A stretch of 64,000 bases of DNA from Clostridia bacterium (GCA_017466685.1 JAFTTS010000045.1:19-64018), one strand, 5' to 3'. Numbered from the stretch's first letter, positions 37,590 through 48,278 are shown. The notes: generated by a model from the sequence alone, not told the origin. Numbers and translations are program-made.

Positions 37590-40500
37590 ATGAAAAAAAG
37601 ATTTATCGCATCCATTCTTGCCTTGTCGCAGGTTTTTATAATGTCACACTTCCCCGTAGCTTCAGATTCTCCCGAAATCGACGTTATTGTCGAGCTTAAC
37701 CTGCCAGAGGGAGAAAATGCAGGTGAATATGCGCAAATGTGTGCCGAATACACTTCGAAGCTTATCAAGGACAGCGAGTCTGATTACGTATACGACACCC
37801 TGCTCTGTGGTTTTCACCTTTCATTACCGGAAAGCTCACTTTCAAAGCTTGAGAAACTCAGCTTCGTTTCAGAGGTTTACACCTGTGCCGAATACGAAAT
37901 GCTCTCTTATTCCGAAAGCGAAAATGCCATGCGTTCAGCAGAGATGATCGGTTATGAAATGTCAGAGGAGCTCGGACTGACGGGCGAGGGCATAAAGATC
38001 GCAGTCATCGACTCGGGCTTTGACGTCACACATCCCGCATTCGACACAGAGGTTACGGAAACGCTCAATTTAAAAACCTACGCCGCCGTCATAGGCTCGT
38101 CACGTCTCAATGCGCTTCGTTATCTTTTAAACGCGGAAAGTCTGCGCCATAACTCCAAGATCCCGTTCAGATTCGACTATGCCGACAACGATACAGACGT
38201 CATTTCCGAAGAACTGCATGGAACTCATGTTGCCGGAATAATCGGAGCAGCACCAACCGAAGTAAGCAATATGCAGGGTATCGCGCCCGGTGCACAGTTA
38301 CTTTTGATGAAGATCTTCTCCGACTCCTCGGCAACCGCAAACGATTATTCACTCATCGCCGCACTTGAGGATGCAATAAAGCTCAAAGCGGACATAATAA
38401 ACCTCAGCCTCGGTCAATATTCCGGTTCAACCGATCAGAATACGATCGTCGGACTTGACAAGCTGATACAAAAAGCAGAGAGTCTCGGAACCGTGATCGT
38501 CTGCGCCGTCGGAAATGACAGCGTTTCAACCTCACTCGGTAAGCTCGCGGACGAGGAAAATGTCATATACCCTCTCGCAAGCTACACCGATTACGGTACA
38601 CTCAGCTTCCCGTCAACAGCCGATTACCCACTCTCGGTCGCAAGCGTTGACAACTTTGTTCATTACGCAGATCACTTCCGTCATACGGAAAACACAGAAA
38701 TAACTCCCGAATTTACGGACACAAATGAGGCAAGCGGTGTTATCACAGGTACGTTCACCGAATATTTTGACGGCAAAACGCTCGAATACGTTGTCATCCC
38801 CGGTCTTGGCGAGGAAAAGGACTACGAAGGTCTTGATTTAAAAGGCAAGCTCGCTCTTATCGAAAGAGGAACGGTAACCTTTGCCGATAAAGTCAAAACA
38901 GCCGCAAAACACGGTGCGATCGGTGCGATCGTTTACAATAACGTCGAGGATGAATACGTCAACATGGAGCTCACGGGTGCAGGCATTCCGGCAATATTCA
39001 TAAGCCGTGAGGACGGTCTTGCACTTATAAATGAAAGCGTACATAAAGTTATGTTCAGCACGGACTTCAACGTCACCTGGCAGAACGAAACCGCCGGAAA
39101 GATCTCGGATTTCTCCTCTTACGGCTGTACTCCTTCATTAACTCTCAAACCTGACATAAGCGGCGTCGGCGGAGGTGTTTTAAGCACGGTCAACGGCGGC
39201 GGATATGATGGTGCGGAGGGTACATCAATGGCGGCACCTCAAATAAGTGGAATATGCGCTCTTTACATGGAATACGAAAACAAAAGCGGCACGGTCATAA
39301 ATCAGGTCAAGCGTGCCGAAAAGATCAAAACCGCACTTATGAACTCGGCTGTACTTGTCCTTCAGGAAAACGGAGTTGAATATTCCCCTCGTGCGCAGGG
39401 TGCGGGACTTGCCAGCATCCCCTCTCTTTTGGGCCGCGAGGTCGAGATCACATATACCGCAAACGGTAAGCCCAAGGCGGAGCTTTTTGATAAGCTTGGT
39501 GAGAGCGTAACGATCGACGCCACACTCAAAAATCTCACCGATGCACCCCTTGAGCTTTCCCTCGGAGCAACACTCACAAGCGACGGTTACACCGAGCTCG
39601 AATTTGACGGCAAAACCGATTATTACAGCACGCTTGAAGCCATAGCCGACACCGCATCAAAAATCACCTCGGGTAATAGTGGCAATCTCAACCGTTACGC
39701 CAAGGATTATTCTCCCCTCAAGGTGACTCTGGCGGCAGGCGAAAAGCGTACCGTTTCAATAACAGTAACATTCGATAAGGATTACCATTCCTCGCTCGAT
39801 GAGATCTTCACAAACGGTCACTTCGTCGAAGGCTTCATCATCTGCGAAACCGAAAACGCAACCGCATCCATGCCCTATATGGGATACCTCGGCGATTGGT
39901 GTGAAGCCCCCGTTATCGATGCGGATTTCTATGCCGGCGAAACCGAGATGTTCAACGCCACAAAAATGCTCGTCAAATACGGAGACAGCTATTCCATCGC
40001 GGGAATCAACTTCTTTGCCGAGCCCGATATCAGGGATTCAGCGGCGGTCTCATTCTCGCCGAACGGTGACGGTTATGCCGATTCGATCCACCTTGCGGCA
40101 ACCAATATAAGAAACGTCCGCAGTGCGATCTTCACCGTTAACGACTCCGAGGGCAACGTGATTGAGCGCAAGGAATATGAGTACATAAACAAGACGAACA
40201 CCAGCGAAGGAACTGTCATCTTCAAGCTCTCGTGGAAAGGCGGCGACGGTTATTATGACCGTTATAAGCTCCCCGACGGAAAGTACACCATGAATGTCAC
40301 ATACACTCTCGATTACGGCGAGGAGAACACGCAGTCCTATTCATATCCTTTCACGCTTGATACAACTCTTCCCGATGTTACGGACATCACATTAAACGAC
40401 GATGAACTGACAATAAGTGCAGAGGATGAAAACGGAATTTACGCGATCTGCGTTTACGCAAACGAAACCGAAAAATCAGACACCGAATTCAAAATATCTC

Positions 40501-40616
40501 CCATCGCAACATTCGATATCAGCGATTATGAGGGCGAGTATCTTTATTACGACGTGATCGACTATGCGTATAACGTTCGCGTCGGTAAAATAGACCTTGC
40601 CGAGCTCGCACAGTGA
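37590..40616 (+). CDS. Secreted lactocepin/C5a-peptidase-type S8 serine protease (I9 propeptide, PA and Fn3/Ig-like domains), catalytic triad intact
   Basis: Signal peptide, VIDSGFD, HGTHVAGIIG, AVGND, GTSMAAP, PA motif ALIERGTVTFADK, SPRAQGAG, FSPNGDG. Confidence 0.93.
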   Translation: MKKRFIASILALSQVFIMSHFPVASDSPEIDVIVELNLPEGENAGEYAQMCAEYTSKLIKDSESDYVYDTLLCGFHLSLPESSLSKLEKLSFVSEVYTCAEYEMLSYSESENAMRSAEMIGYEMSEELGLTGEGIKIAVIDSGFDVTHPAFDTEVTETLNLKTYAAVIGSSRLNALRYLLNAESLRHNSKIPFRFDYADNDTDVISEELHGTHVAGIIGAAPTEVSNMQGIAPGAQLLLMKIFSDSSATANDYSLIAALEDAIKLKADIINLSLGQYSGSTDQNTIVGLDKLIQKAESLGTVIVCAVGNDSVSTSLGKLADEENVIYPLASYTDYGTLSFPSTADYPLSVASVDNFVHYADHFRHTENTEITPEFTDTNEASGVITGTFTEYFDGKTLEYVVIPGLGEEKDYEGLDLKGKLALIERGTVTFADKVKTAAKHGAIGAIVYNNVEDEYVNMELTGAGIPAIFISREDGLALINESVHKVMFSTDFNVTWQNETAGKISDFSSYGCTPSLTLKPDISGVGGGVLSTVNGGGYDGAEGTSMAAPQISGICALYMEYENKSGTVINQVKRAEKIKTALMNSAVLVLQENGVEYSPRAQGAGLASIPSLLGREVEITYTANGKPKAELFDKLGESVTIDATLKNLTDAPLELSLGATLTSDGYTELEFDGKTDYYSTLEAIADTASKITSGNSGNLNRYAKDYSPLKVTLAAGEKRTVSITVTFDKDYHSSLDEIFTNGHFVEGFIICETENATASMPYMGYLGDWCEAPVIDADFYAGETEMFNATKMLVKYGDSYSIAGINFFAEPDIRDSAAVSFSPNGDGYADSIHLAATNIRNVRSAIFTVNDSEGNVIERKEYEYINKTNTSEGTVIFKLSWKGGDGYYDRYKLPDGKYTMNVTYTLDYGEENTQSYSYPFTLDTTLPDVTDITLNDDELTISAEDENGIYAICVYANETEKSDTEFKISPIATFDISDYEGEYLYYDVIDYAYNVRVGKIDLAELAQ

Positions 40617-40630
40617 CCAAGGAGGTAAAA

Positions 40631-43468
40631 ATGAGAGCAACCACATTAATATCATCAATACTCGCCTTTGCGCAGATTTCCCTCTCGGGTCCGTCAGGCA
40701 CACCTGTCGAAGCATACCGCGGCGAGGACATGACGGTCGCTATTCTCGACTGCGGCTTCACTTTCACACACGAAATTTTCGCGCTCGAGGATGCTTCACC
40801 GCGTATAACCAAGGAAATTTCCGATTCTCTGCTTGCCGAAACGTCGATTGCAGATAACGAAGACGCACCCGCATCGGTTTACGTAAATCCCAAGATCCCC
40901 TTTGCATACGACTATGGTGACAACGATTCCGATCTCTCGCAGGCAAACTATAATTACCACGGAACCGCAATGATATCAATAACCGCAGGTAACGGAAGCT
41001 TTTCCGAGCTGAACATCCCTGCCCTGACAGGAGTCGCACCCGAAGCACAGGTTCTTGCAATGAAGGTTTATTCGGATACGCTGGGAGCGGTCACAGAGGC
41101 TGCGATGTGTGCGGCAATCGAGGATTCCATCACCCTCGGAGCGGACGTGATACTCATTGCGCTCACCGATATGTATGAGCTTGAGGAAGGTGCTTCGATT
41201 GAAAGCATCAATGCATTGATCGAAAAAGCCGAAAGCGAGGGCATCATTGTCGTAACTGCCGCCGGAAATGCTTCAAGCTACGGCACAGGCAGTATATTCG
41301 ACCGTGAACTGGCGATCAGCTTTCCGACAACCGATAATCCCGACGTCGGCACGATAACCTGGCCGGGCAACATAGAATCAACTCTCTGCGTCACAAGCGC
41401 CGTGAACAACATACTTGAAAATGACAGCTTCATTCTCTCTGACGGCAGCCGTATCCCTTATTCCGATTCAAATTCACTCTTTACCGATATAACAAACGGA
41501 AAATCGTTCGCATCTTATTTCAATGGGCGTACACTTGAATATGTGATGACCGACGGCATCGGAACACCCGAGGAGCTTGCCGCGGCAGGTGATCTCACGG
41601 GTAAGCTTGCCGTGATAAACAGAGGCAATATCACGTTTACACAAAAGGCAGTGAACGCCGCAAGCCTCGGTGCTATCGGAGTTATCGTTGTAGATAACGT
41701 AACCGATGCATCATCAACGCTGACGATGAGCATGGACCTCACAGGCACAACGATTCCGGCAATTATCGTTTCAAAGGACGACGGTGCGCTTCTTGCAGCC
41801 TGCAAAAACAAATCGATCACCGTAAAAGCCGGTGAAATCTTCGAAACCAAGCTTCGCGAAACACCGTCCATCGCAGAAAACACCGCGTACGGAACCACCT
41901 CCGAGCTTGGACTCAAGCCTGACCTTGCCGCGGTAGGAACAAACGTCTGCTGTGCCGCAACCGACGGTACTTACGGCTATCTGACTTCAACAACAGCCGC
42001 TGCCGCAAGGGTTGCCGGAATGTCACTGCTTGTGAAAGAACGCTTTGCCGATGTCTTCCCGAGCATTGAAAAATCAGATCTTGTGAGCATCACAAAAGCC
42101 GCACTTGTAACATCAGCAGACCTCATGGCACCGACATATTCGCCCGCATATTCACCGCGTATCCAGGGAGGCGGAGCTGCAAACCTCGAATCCGCAATGA
42201 ACACAGGTCTGCTTCTCTTGTCGGGTGACTCATATAAAATCGAGCTTGGCGACAACAATGAACGTACACTCGATTTCGAAATTACAGCATATAACCTTTC
42301 AAGGCTTAAGCGTACATTCAAGCTTGATGCGATCGTCGGCTCGGACGACTTCACTGAATTTCCTGCTATGCTGCTTGATTCACCGGGCTCAAAGAATCCC
42401 CTTTCAAAGCGTCTCGGCTATGAGGCTTCAGATACGCTCTCGTTTATTTTACCGTTCACTCCCTTTAAAAATGCCGATGTTGCAGTTGAAGGCGAAAGCT
42501 CACAGCTTAACGCGGCATCAGACAATTACACTGCACACAGATTCGTTCTTGAAGCAAATTCAAGCAAGACATTCAACATCAAAATAACGCTTGACGAGGA
42601 AACCTATAACATTTACCGCGAACAGTTTGAAAACGGCTTCTTCATTGAAGGCTTCATGCGTCTTAGTGCCGGCAATGACACTGCTTCCATTCCATTTCTC
42701 GGTTTTTCGGGAGATTTCGGCGCGTCACCTTCCCTCGATGCGGATATTTACAGCGGCAAGCAGGCAATTTACGAAAACAGTTACCTCTATCTCGATTCGG
42801 GAGAGCTACTGTCCGATCCGTACATGAACATCCTCGGTAGAACTATGGGTAATTCATCTGTTTCATACGACAAGGAGCGCATAGTTTTCTCCCCTGTCAG
42901 TGCAGGTACAGATTCTTCCGTAATGCTTAATCTCGCACTTCTGCGTTCAGTGTACGATGTTACCGTTACGGTAAGTGACAGCAGCGGCAAGACCATCAGC
43001 ACAGCAAAGCACGGTGATCTCACAAGAACCTATTACGATTATCTCTCGGAGCAGTTGATAAGTCCCAAGCTGTACATCTGGAACGGCCGTGCCGAAGATA
43101 ACTCCGTTTATATTTATCCCGAAGGCGACTATACCGTAACCGTAAGCTACCGTCCGGCAGGCTCGGAAGAAACAGACACGATTTCATATAAGCTTTCACT
43201 TGACAGCACCGCTCCGGTCATAGAAACCGCCGAGCTCATTTCCGAGGGAGAAAAAACACTTCTGAAGCTCGAGGTCACGGATAATTACGGCGTGGGAACG
43301 ATACTTGTCTGCGACAGCGATGAGGAGAATGCTGCTTTTTCGGGCAACGGCACATATGATGTCAGCGAGCTTACGGGAAAATATATCTACGTTGACGTCT
43401 GTGACACAGCGCAGAATTCAACTGTCATCCGTCTTGACAATCCGAACTACACCGAATCCGACGATTGA
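40631..43468 (+). CDS. Secreted S8 paralog lacking a propeptide, with Thr at the catalytic Ser position (probable pseudoprotease)
   Basis: ILDCGF, HGTAMISI, AAGN, the PA domain and SPRIQGGG are retained. GTSMAAP aligns to STTAAAA. GGAGG RBS before ATG 40631. Confidence 0.85.
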   Translation: MRATTLISSILAFAQISLSGPSGTPVEAYRGEDMTVAILDCGFTFTHEIFALEDASPRITKEISDSLLAETSIADNEDAPASVYVNPKIPFAYDYGDNDSDLSQANYNYHGTAMISITAGNGSFSELNIPALTGVAPEAQVLAMKVYSDTLGAVTEAAMCAAIEDSITLGADVILIALTDMYELEEGASIESINALIEKAESEGIIVVTAAGNASSYGTGSIFDRELAISFPTTDNPDVGTITWPGNIESTLCVTSAVNNILENDSFILSDGSRIPYSDSNSLFTDITNGKSFASYFNGRTLEYVMTDGIGTPEELAAAGDLTGKLAVINRGNITFTQKAVNAASLGAIGVIVVDNVTDASSTLTMSMDLTGTTIPAIIVSKDDGALLAACKNKSITVKAGEIFETKLRETPSIAENTAYGTTSELGLKPDLAAVGTNVCCAATDGTYGYLTSTTAAAARVAGMSLLVKERFADVFPSIEKSDLVSITKAALVTSADLMAPTYSPAYSPRIQGGGAANLESAMNTGLLLLSGDSYKIELGDNNERTLDFEITAYNLSRLKRTFKLDAIVGSDDFTEFPAMLLDSPGSKNPLSKRLGYEASDTLSFILPFTPFKNADVAVEGESSQLNAASDNYTAHRFVLEANSSKTFNIKITLDEETYNIYREQFENGFFIEGFMRLSAGNDTASIPFLGFSGDFGASPSLDADIYSGKQAIYENSYLYLDSGELLSDPYMNILGRTMGNSSVSYDKERIVFSPVSAGTDSSVMLNLALLRSVYDVTVTVSDSSGKTISTAKHGDLTRTYYDYLSEQLISPKLYIWNGRAEDNSVYIYPEGDYTVTVSYRPAGSEETDTISYKLSLDSTAPVIETAELISEGEKTLLKLEVTDNYGVGTILVCDSDEENAAFSGNGTYDVSELTGKYIYVDVCDTAQNSTVIRLDNPNYTESDD

Positions 43469-44544
43469 GCACGTTCACGGATCACCGAAACAGCTATAGA
43501 TAACCCGATCGGCAAAAATAAAAGCCCGAAAAAGCCGAACAGCTTGGTTCCGACGAACATTGCAATAAGCGTCACAAGCGGATGCAGTCCAACCTGCCGT
43601 CCGACGATCCTCGGCTCGATTATATTGCGTATCACGGTTATTGCCGCCCATAAAACGAGCAGTCCGATGCCGTGTACCGTGCCACCTCGCAAGAGATCGA
43701 TCACTGCCCACGGAACCATCACTACACCTGTTCCAACGGCAGGCAGGACATCAAGCAATGAGATCAGAAATGCATAAACCGCCGCGTTTTTCGTACCGAT
43801 AACCGAAAGCCCGAAAAAGAGCTCCGCAAATGTTATCAGCATGATAAGCGCATAAGAGCGGAGATATTTTATGATTATAGTCAAAAATTTATCTCTCATA
43901 TCACTCATCACCCCGACTGCTTTCTCCGGTAGTCGGGATTTTAATATGCCGAGAATGTTTTCATAATCAATAATGAAGAAAAAGCTTGATATTACCGCGA
44001 AAAAGAGTTCGATTATAAACCCCGGGACAGCCGCGGCAAAGCTTGAGATTTTTGAAAGTACACGAACAGAAATATCTGAAACAGTCGTCCCGAGCGAGGC
44101 TTTAACGCTTTCAAACAAACCGCCGAGATCCTCTGAAAATTCACTTGTTCCCTGCCCGTCGATCCGCGAAACGATATCGTTCACCCATTCAAATATCCCC
44201 GCGATAAAGGGTTCGATATTTTCGGAATAGATAGTCGGAAGCCTTCCCGAAAAATCGCCGATCAGAACAGTCAGCTTAACAACGCTAAGAGCCAGAAGTA
44301 TTCCAATCGTTCCATAAAAGATCAGCAAAATCAGTATTGAGGTCGGTTTTCGTTTCATGGAAAATTTATGCCCTAAAAAACGCACGATCGGACTCAGCAC
44401 CGCGGCTATCACAAAACCGATAATAAACGGCAGCACAATAAAAACGGCATACTTGAGAAGAACATACAGGGTTGCTCCAATCGTCAGATAATAGAGCGCG
44501 GATATAATGAAGCTTTTCTTTTTTTCCGTATATATCCCTCCCAA
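43447..44544 (-). CDS. ytvI: Sporulation integral membrane protein YtvI (AI-2E family)
   Basis: LDVLPAVGTG..VPWA, RNIIEPRIVGRQVGLHPL. Start codon is uncertain. Confidence 0.88.
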   Translation of the reverse strand: MGGIYTEKKKSFIISALYYLTIGATLYVLLKYAVFIVLPFIIGFVIAAVLSPIVRFLGHKFSMKRKPTSILILLIFYGTIGILLALSVVKLTVLIGDFSGRLPTIYSENIEPFIAGIFEWVNDIVSRIDGQGTSEFSEDLGGLFESVKASLGTTVSDISVRVLSKISSFAAAVPGFIIELFFAVISSFFFIIDYENILGILKSRLPEKAVGVMSDMRDKFLTIIIKYLRSYALIMLITFAELFFGLSVIGTKNAAVYAFLISLLDVLPAVGTGVVMVPWAVIDLLRGGTVHGIGLLVLWAAITVIRNIIEPRIVGRQVGLHPLVTLIAMFVGTKLFGFFGLLFLPIGLSIAVSVIRERAQSSDSV

Positions 44545-44696
44545 AAAATCGTTATAGTATATTATTACTCGCAGTTAAGACGTATATTCCGATAATTAAG
44601 GTAAAAATCAAATAATATTCACAAATTGTTCAATGTTTGCCCACAATAGTATGGTAATATAAAATGTGATATTAAAATATATTCAGGAGGACTATC

Positions 44697-46166
44697 ATGT
44701 CAAAAAACAACAAAAATGCAGCCAAAAGTAAGCCGGGCAACGGCGGTATAGTGGTTGCACTCATACTCGTTTTAATCTTCGTTATCGGTATGGTCGCAAT
44801 ATCCGCTTGCGAAAACATCCGTGCAAACTCCGGTGCTGAACTGCGTGCCCAGATCGCGGCATCAACAAACAATACCGCTGCAGAAGGCGAAGAAGACGAC
44901 AGCATCTCGGTTGACGGTGCAATGATGACCTATTTCTTCAATGACTACTACAACAACTTCCTTAACTACTACGGAAGCTATATTTCAGCAATCGGACTTG
45001 ATCCGACAGTGTCACTCAAATATCAGTACACATCCGAGGATCAGAGCGAAACCTGGTTTGATTACATTATGAACGGTGCAACGCAGAACGTTTCTGGTCT
45101 CCTTACCATAAACAAAGCAGCAGCAGCGGAAGGCGTTGAGCTCACAGACGAGGAAAAGGCAGCGATAAAGGCTCGTACTGACGAAATGGATGCAAGCCTT
45201 TACGGAACCGGAGTCAAGAGAAACGATATTTACAATGCAATGTGCATCGAAGCTCTCGCATATAAATATCAGCTTTCCAAGGAGCTTGAGCTTGCTCCCT
45301 CTGAGGAAACAATAAACACATACTACGAGAACTCCGCTAACAACTATAAGTTTGTTGACGTACTCACCTTCTCCCTTAACTATATCGATCCCGAGAGCAC
45401 CGAGGAATCCACTGCAACTCTCACCAAGGAAGAAGCACAGGCATATATCGATAAGCTCGCTGCGGCAACCGATGCCGAAAGCTTTAAGGAGCTTGCAAAA
45501 GAAGCAACCCTCGCTGCCGAGCCCGAGATTCCCGAGGAAGACCTTGGCAACAGAATCGACGCTCTCGCAACAGAAGGCAAGACCTATGGCACTGACGATT
45601 TCTCCAAGTGGGCATACGGCGAAGAGGCTGCTGTGAATGCAACCTATACCGAGGATGATGAGACAAACTCTGCATTCACTGTCTATATGCTCACAAAGAC
45701 ACCTTACCGTTCCGAAGCCAACACAGTAAATGTCCGCCACATTCTCTTCATTGCAAGCGATGAAAAAGAGCTTAAAAAGGCACGTGAAAAGGCAGAGGAT
45801 ATTCTCGCAGACTTTAATGCAGGCGATCCAACAGAGGAAGCATTCGGCGTTCTCGCTCTCGAATATTCCGAGGATACCGGCTCCTGCTACAGCGGCGGTC
45901 TTTACAACAACGTCGCTCCCGGCGAGATGGTTGAAGCCTTCGACGCATGGTGCTTCGATGAAAGCCGTGTTCCCGGCGACACAGGTATCGTTGAAACAGA
46001 GTATGGCGTTCACGTTATGTATTATGTTGATAACGGTCTTACCGATTGGCAGGCAAGCGTTTCCGTTGACATTCTCAATGAAACACTCACCGCTCTGAGC
46101 ACACAGTGGTCAACGGCGTACACCGTAGAATTTGATCCGAGCGTCCTTGCAGCAATCCCCGGCTGA
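44697..46166 (+). CDS. PrsA-like parvulin peptidyl-prolyl isomerase (foldase)
   Basis: VNVRHIL, YSEDTGS..GGLY, MVEAFDAWCF, VETEYGVHVMY. N-terminal anchor with a possible lipobox (ISAC). Confidence 0.88.
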   Translation: MSKNNKNAAKSKPGNGGIVVALILVLIFVIGMVAISACENIRANSGAELRAQIAASTNNTAAEGEEDDSISVDGAMMTYFFNDYYNNFLNYYGSYISAIGLDPTVSLKYQYTSEDQSETWFDYIMNGATQNVSGLLTINKAAAAEGVELTDEEKAAIKARTDEMDASLYGTGVKRNDIYNAMCIEALAYKYQLSKELELAPSEETINTYYENSANNYKFVDVLTFSLNYIDPESTEESTATLTKEEAQAYIDKLAAATDAESFKELAKEATLAAEPEIPEEDLGNRIDALATEGKTYGTDDFSKWAYGEEAAVNATYTEDDETNSAFTVYMLTKTPYRSEANTVNVRHILFIASDEKELKKAREKAEDILADFNAGDPTEEAFGVLALEYSEDTGSCYSGGLYNNVAPGEMVEAFDAWCFDESRVPGDTGIVETEYGVHVMYYVDNGLTDWQASVSVDILNETLTALSTQWSTAYTVEFDPSVLAAIPG

Positions 46167-46186
46167 TAAAAATCAATAAAAAAATT

Positions 46187-46223
46187 TCACCGTCAGGTAT
46201 ATAAAAGCTTGACGGTGATTTTT
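46187..46223 (+). terminator. Intrinsic terminator
   Basis: TCACCGTCA / TGACGGTGA followed by TTTTT. Confidence 0.8.
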
Positions 46224-46281
46224 GTATTATAAGTAAGCTTTGCAAAACAAAAAAGCCCTACACGAAGTAAGGCTTTCGATA

Positions 46282-46358
46282 TGGGGTGAATGAAGGGGGT
46301 CGAACCCTCGACCTCCAGGGCCACAACCTGGCGCTCTAACCAACTGAGCTACATCCAC
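46282..46358 (-). tRNA. tRNA-His (GTG)
   Basis: Cloverleaf with anticodon arm CCAGG-TTGTGGC-CCTGG, GGTTCGA T-loop, encoded CCA and an encoded G-1 at 46359. Confidence 0.95.
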
Positions 46359-46434
46359 CATCTCTGAGCAGACAAGTCACCCGGACCTGCGCTGCCGTTA
46401 TCTGAACCCGAACACTTTTTTCATATCCGGGATT

Positions 46435-46511
46435 TGGCGTACCCGGAGGGACTCGAACCCCCGACCTACTGCTTAGAAGGCAGTTGCTCTATCCGGCTGA
46501 GCTACGGGTAC
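46435..46511 (-). tRNA. tRNA-Arg (TCT)
   Basis: Acceptor stem GTACCCG/CGGGTAC, anticodon arm ACTGC-CTTCTAA-GCAGT, GGTTCGA T-loop, encoded CCA. Confidence 0.95.
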
Positions 46512-46539
46512 ATAAGCATTTGCTCAATCAACATACAAT

Positions 46540-46568
46540 ATTATACACTATCGCACCTCGTTTGTCAA
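46540..46568 (-). promoter_or_regulatory. Sigma-A promoter of the tRNA-Arg/tRNA-His pair
   Basis: TTGACA (46568-46563), 17-nt spacer, TATAAT (46545-46540). Confidence 0.8.
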
Positions 46569-46705
46569 GGGGTTTTATAAATTTTCCGAACATAATATTT
46601 TGGGGTACGATACACGAAAATTATGTCAATTTTGCCGAATAGCAATACGGTGTTGCAGAATCAAAAACGGCCACCCGAAAAAGATGACCGTCTCCAATAT
46701 CACAT

Positions 46706-48124
46706 TTAAACCTTGACCTTTGCCCATTTACCGCCGGAGAAGCGTATAAGCATAAACAAGAGGCGCAAATACTGGTCGATCGACATCGCAACCCACGCAC
46801 CGATAACACCAAACGGCAGAACATAACACATAAGATATGTCATAGTCGGACGAACGAGCGCAATACAAACAAGGCTGACGACCGCCGCATATGTAGTGTC
46901 ACCTGCACCGCGTACACATCCGCTGTAAATAACCTGCGATATCTGTGCAGGCGTTATCGCGGCGAGGATGAACAGTATCTTGACACCCGTATTCACAATA
47001 AGCTCGGCATTTTCCTCTCCCTTTGACATAAAGAGATTTATCAGCAATTCACCGCCGAGGGTAAAGAGCAATATCAACAGCACCGCAATGCAAAATCCGA
47101 TACGCTGTGCCGTTTTGCCGTAAATAATAGAATAATCGGGACGCCGTTTACCGAGATTTTGTCCGACAAGCGAGGACGCCGCAACACCGAGACCGTCACC
47201 GAAGCAGAACGAGAGATTCACAATGCTCATACAGATCGTATGCGTTGCAAAATCGGTCGTACCAAGCTCGGCAACCATCTTCGCAACGATAAAGAAGCCA
47301 AAGCGCATGAACACCTGCTCAATCGCGGCAGAGCTTGAAATCTTACAGATCAGCGAAAGATCCTTCCTTTTAAATTTAAAGAGTGACGAGGGACGAAGAT
47401 GCAAAAATCTATCCGGATGCGAAACCGAATAAATCGACATCGCACACGAGGTCATATTACCAAGCATCGTTGCAATTGCCGCACCGGTAACGCCAAGCTT
47501 CGGGAAGAAGAACAATCCGTTTATGAGCAGTGCGTTAAAGCAGCAGTTGACGATATTTGCAGTCATGTTCGTCGTCATTGATATGCGAGTGTTACCAGAG
47601 CCGCGTTGTGCCGCATTGATGAGAAGGCTTATTGACGTACAGAGCATACCGATCATCGTTATACGGAAATATGAGGTCGCCATTCCGATTGTGTCATCTT
47701 CAGCACCACTGAAACGAAGAAGCGGCTCTGCAAAATATATCGCCGTTCCGACAAGCACGATTCCGAGAATCATACAAAGTGAAAGCGCCTGTGCAAGCGT
47801 TTTGTTTGCGCTCTCACGGTCATTTTCACCCTTGCGTCGGCTGACGATCGCCGTAACACCGATGTTAAGTGCAAAAAACACCGCATAGAAAATAAACCTC
47901 GGCTGACTCGTAAGTCCAACCGCCGCAACCGCATCAGTTCCAACCGTACTGACCATTATCGAGTCGATAAAATTGACAAGGCCTAAAAGAACAGACTCCA
48001 TCGTCGCAGGCCATGCAACCTTAACAAAGCTCTTATAAAATTCCTTTGTATCATATTTTTCCTGCTGCTTCTGTGCAGGCTTCAGCATATGATCTGGCGC
48101 ATAAAGCCGCCTTAATAGTTCCAT
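46706..48124 (-). CDS. MATE-family efflux transporter
   Basis: Two MatE repeats (DSIMVSTVGTDAVAAVG; RGSGNT and RGAGDT), about 12 TM helices. AGGAG RBS before ATG 48124. Confidence 0.92.
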   Translation of the reverse strand: MELLRRLYAPDHMLKPAQKQQEKYDTKEFYKSFVKVAWPATMESVLLGLVNFIDSIMVSTVGTDAVAAVGLTSQPRFIFYAVFFALNIGVTAIVSRRKGENDRESANKTLAQALSLCMILGIVLVGTAIYFAEPLLRFSGAEDDTIGMATSYFRITMIGMLCTSISLLINAAQRGSGNTRISMTTNMTANIVNCCFNALLINGLFFFPKLGVTGAAIATMLGNMTSCAMSIYSVSHPDRFLHLRPSSLFKFKRKDLSLICKISSSAAIEQVFMRFGFFIVAKMVAELGTTDFATHTICMSIVNLSFCFGDGLGVAASSLVGQNLGKRRPDYSIIYGKTAQRIGFCIAVLLILLFTLGGELLINLFMSKGEENAELIVNTGVKILFILAAITPAQISQVIYSGCVRGAGDTTYAAVVSLVCIALVRPTMTYLMCYVLPFGVIGAWVAMSIDQYLRLLFMLIRFSGGKWAKVKV

Positions 48125-48278
48125 TGTGGCATCTCCTGTCCTGCGGAAAACATCCGCTTTTATAATTGTAGCAGATTTTTCGCCTTTTTTCAATAGTAAC
48201 GTGAAAATTATTATTTAAGCTTGAAAAATTCACATTTATGTGGTATGATATATTTATAAAAAAGTGGGAGGTGACAGT

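Noticed and set aside
45012-46013. 333-aa minus-strand ORF and the other short overlapping ORFs in the track
   Set aside because: These are shadows or alternate frames of well-supported genes.
46224-46705. tRNA pair as an island integration site
   Set aside because: No integrase, no duplicated tRNA 3' end seen, and the flanking genes are housekeeping-like.
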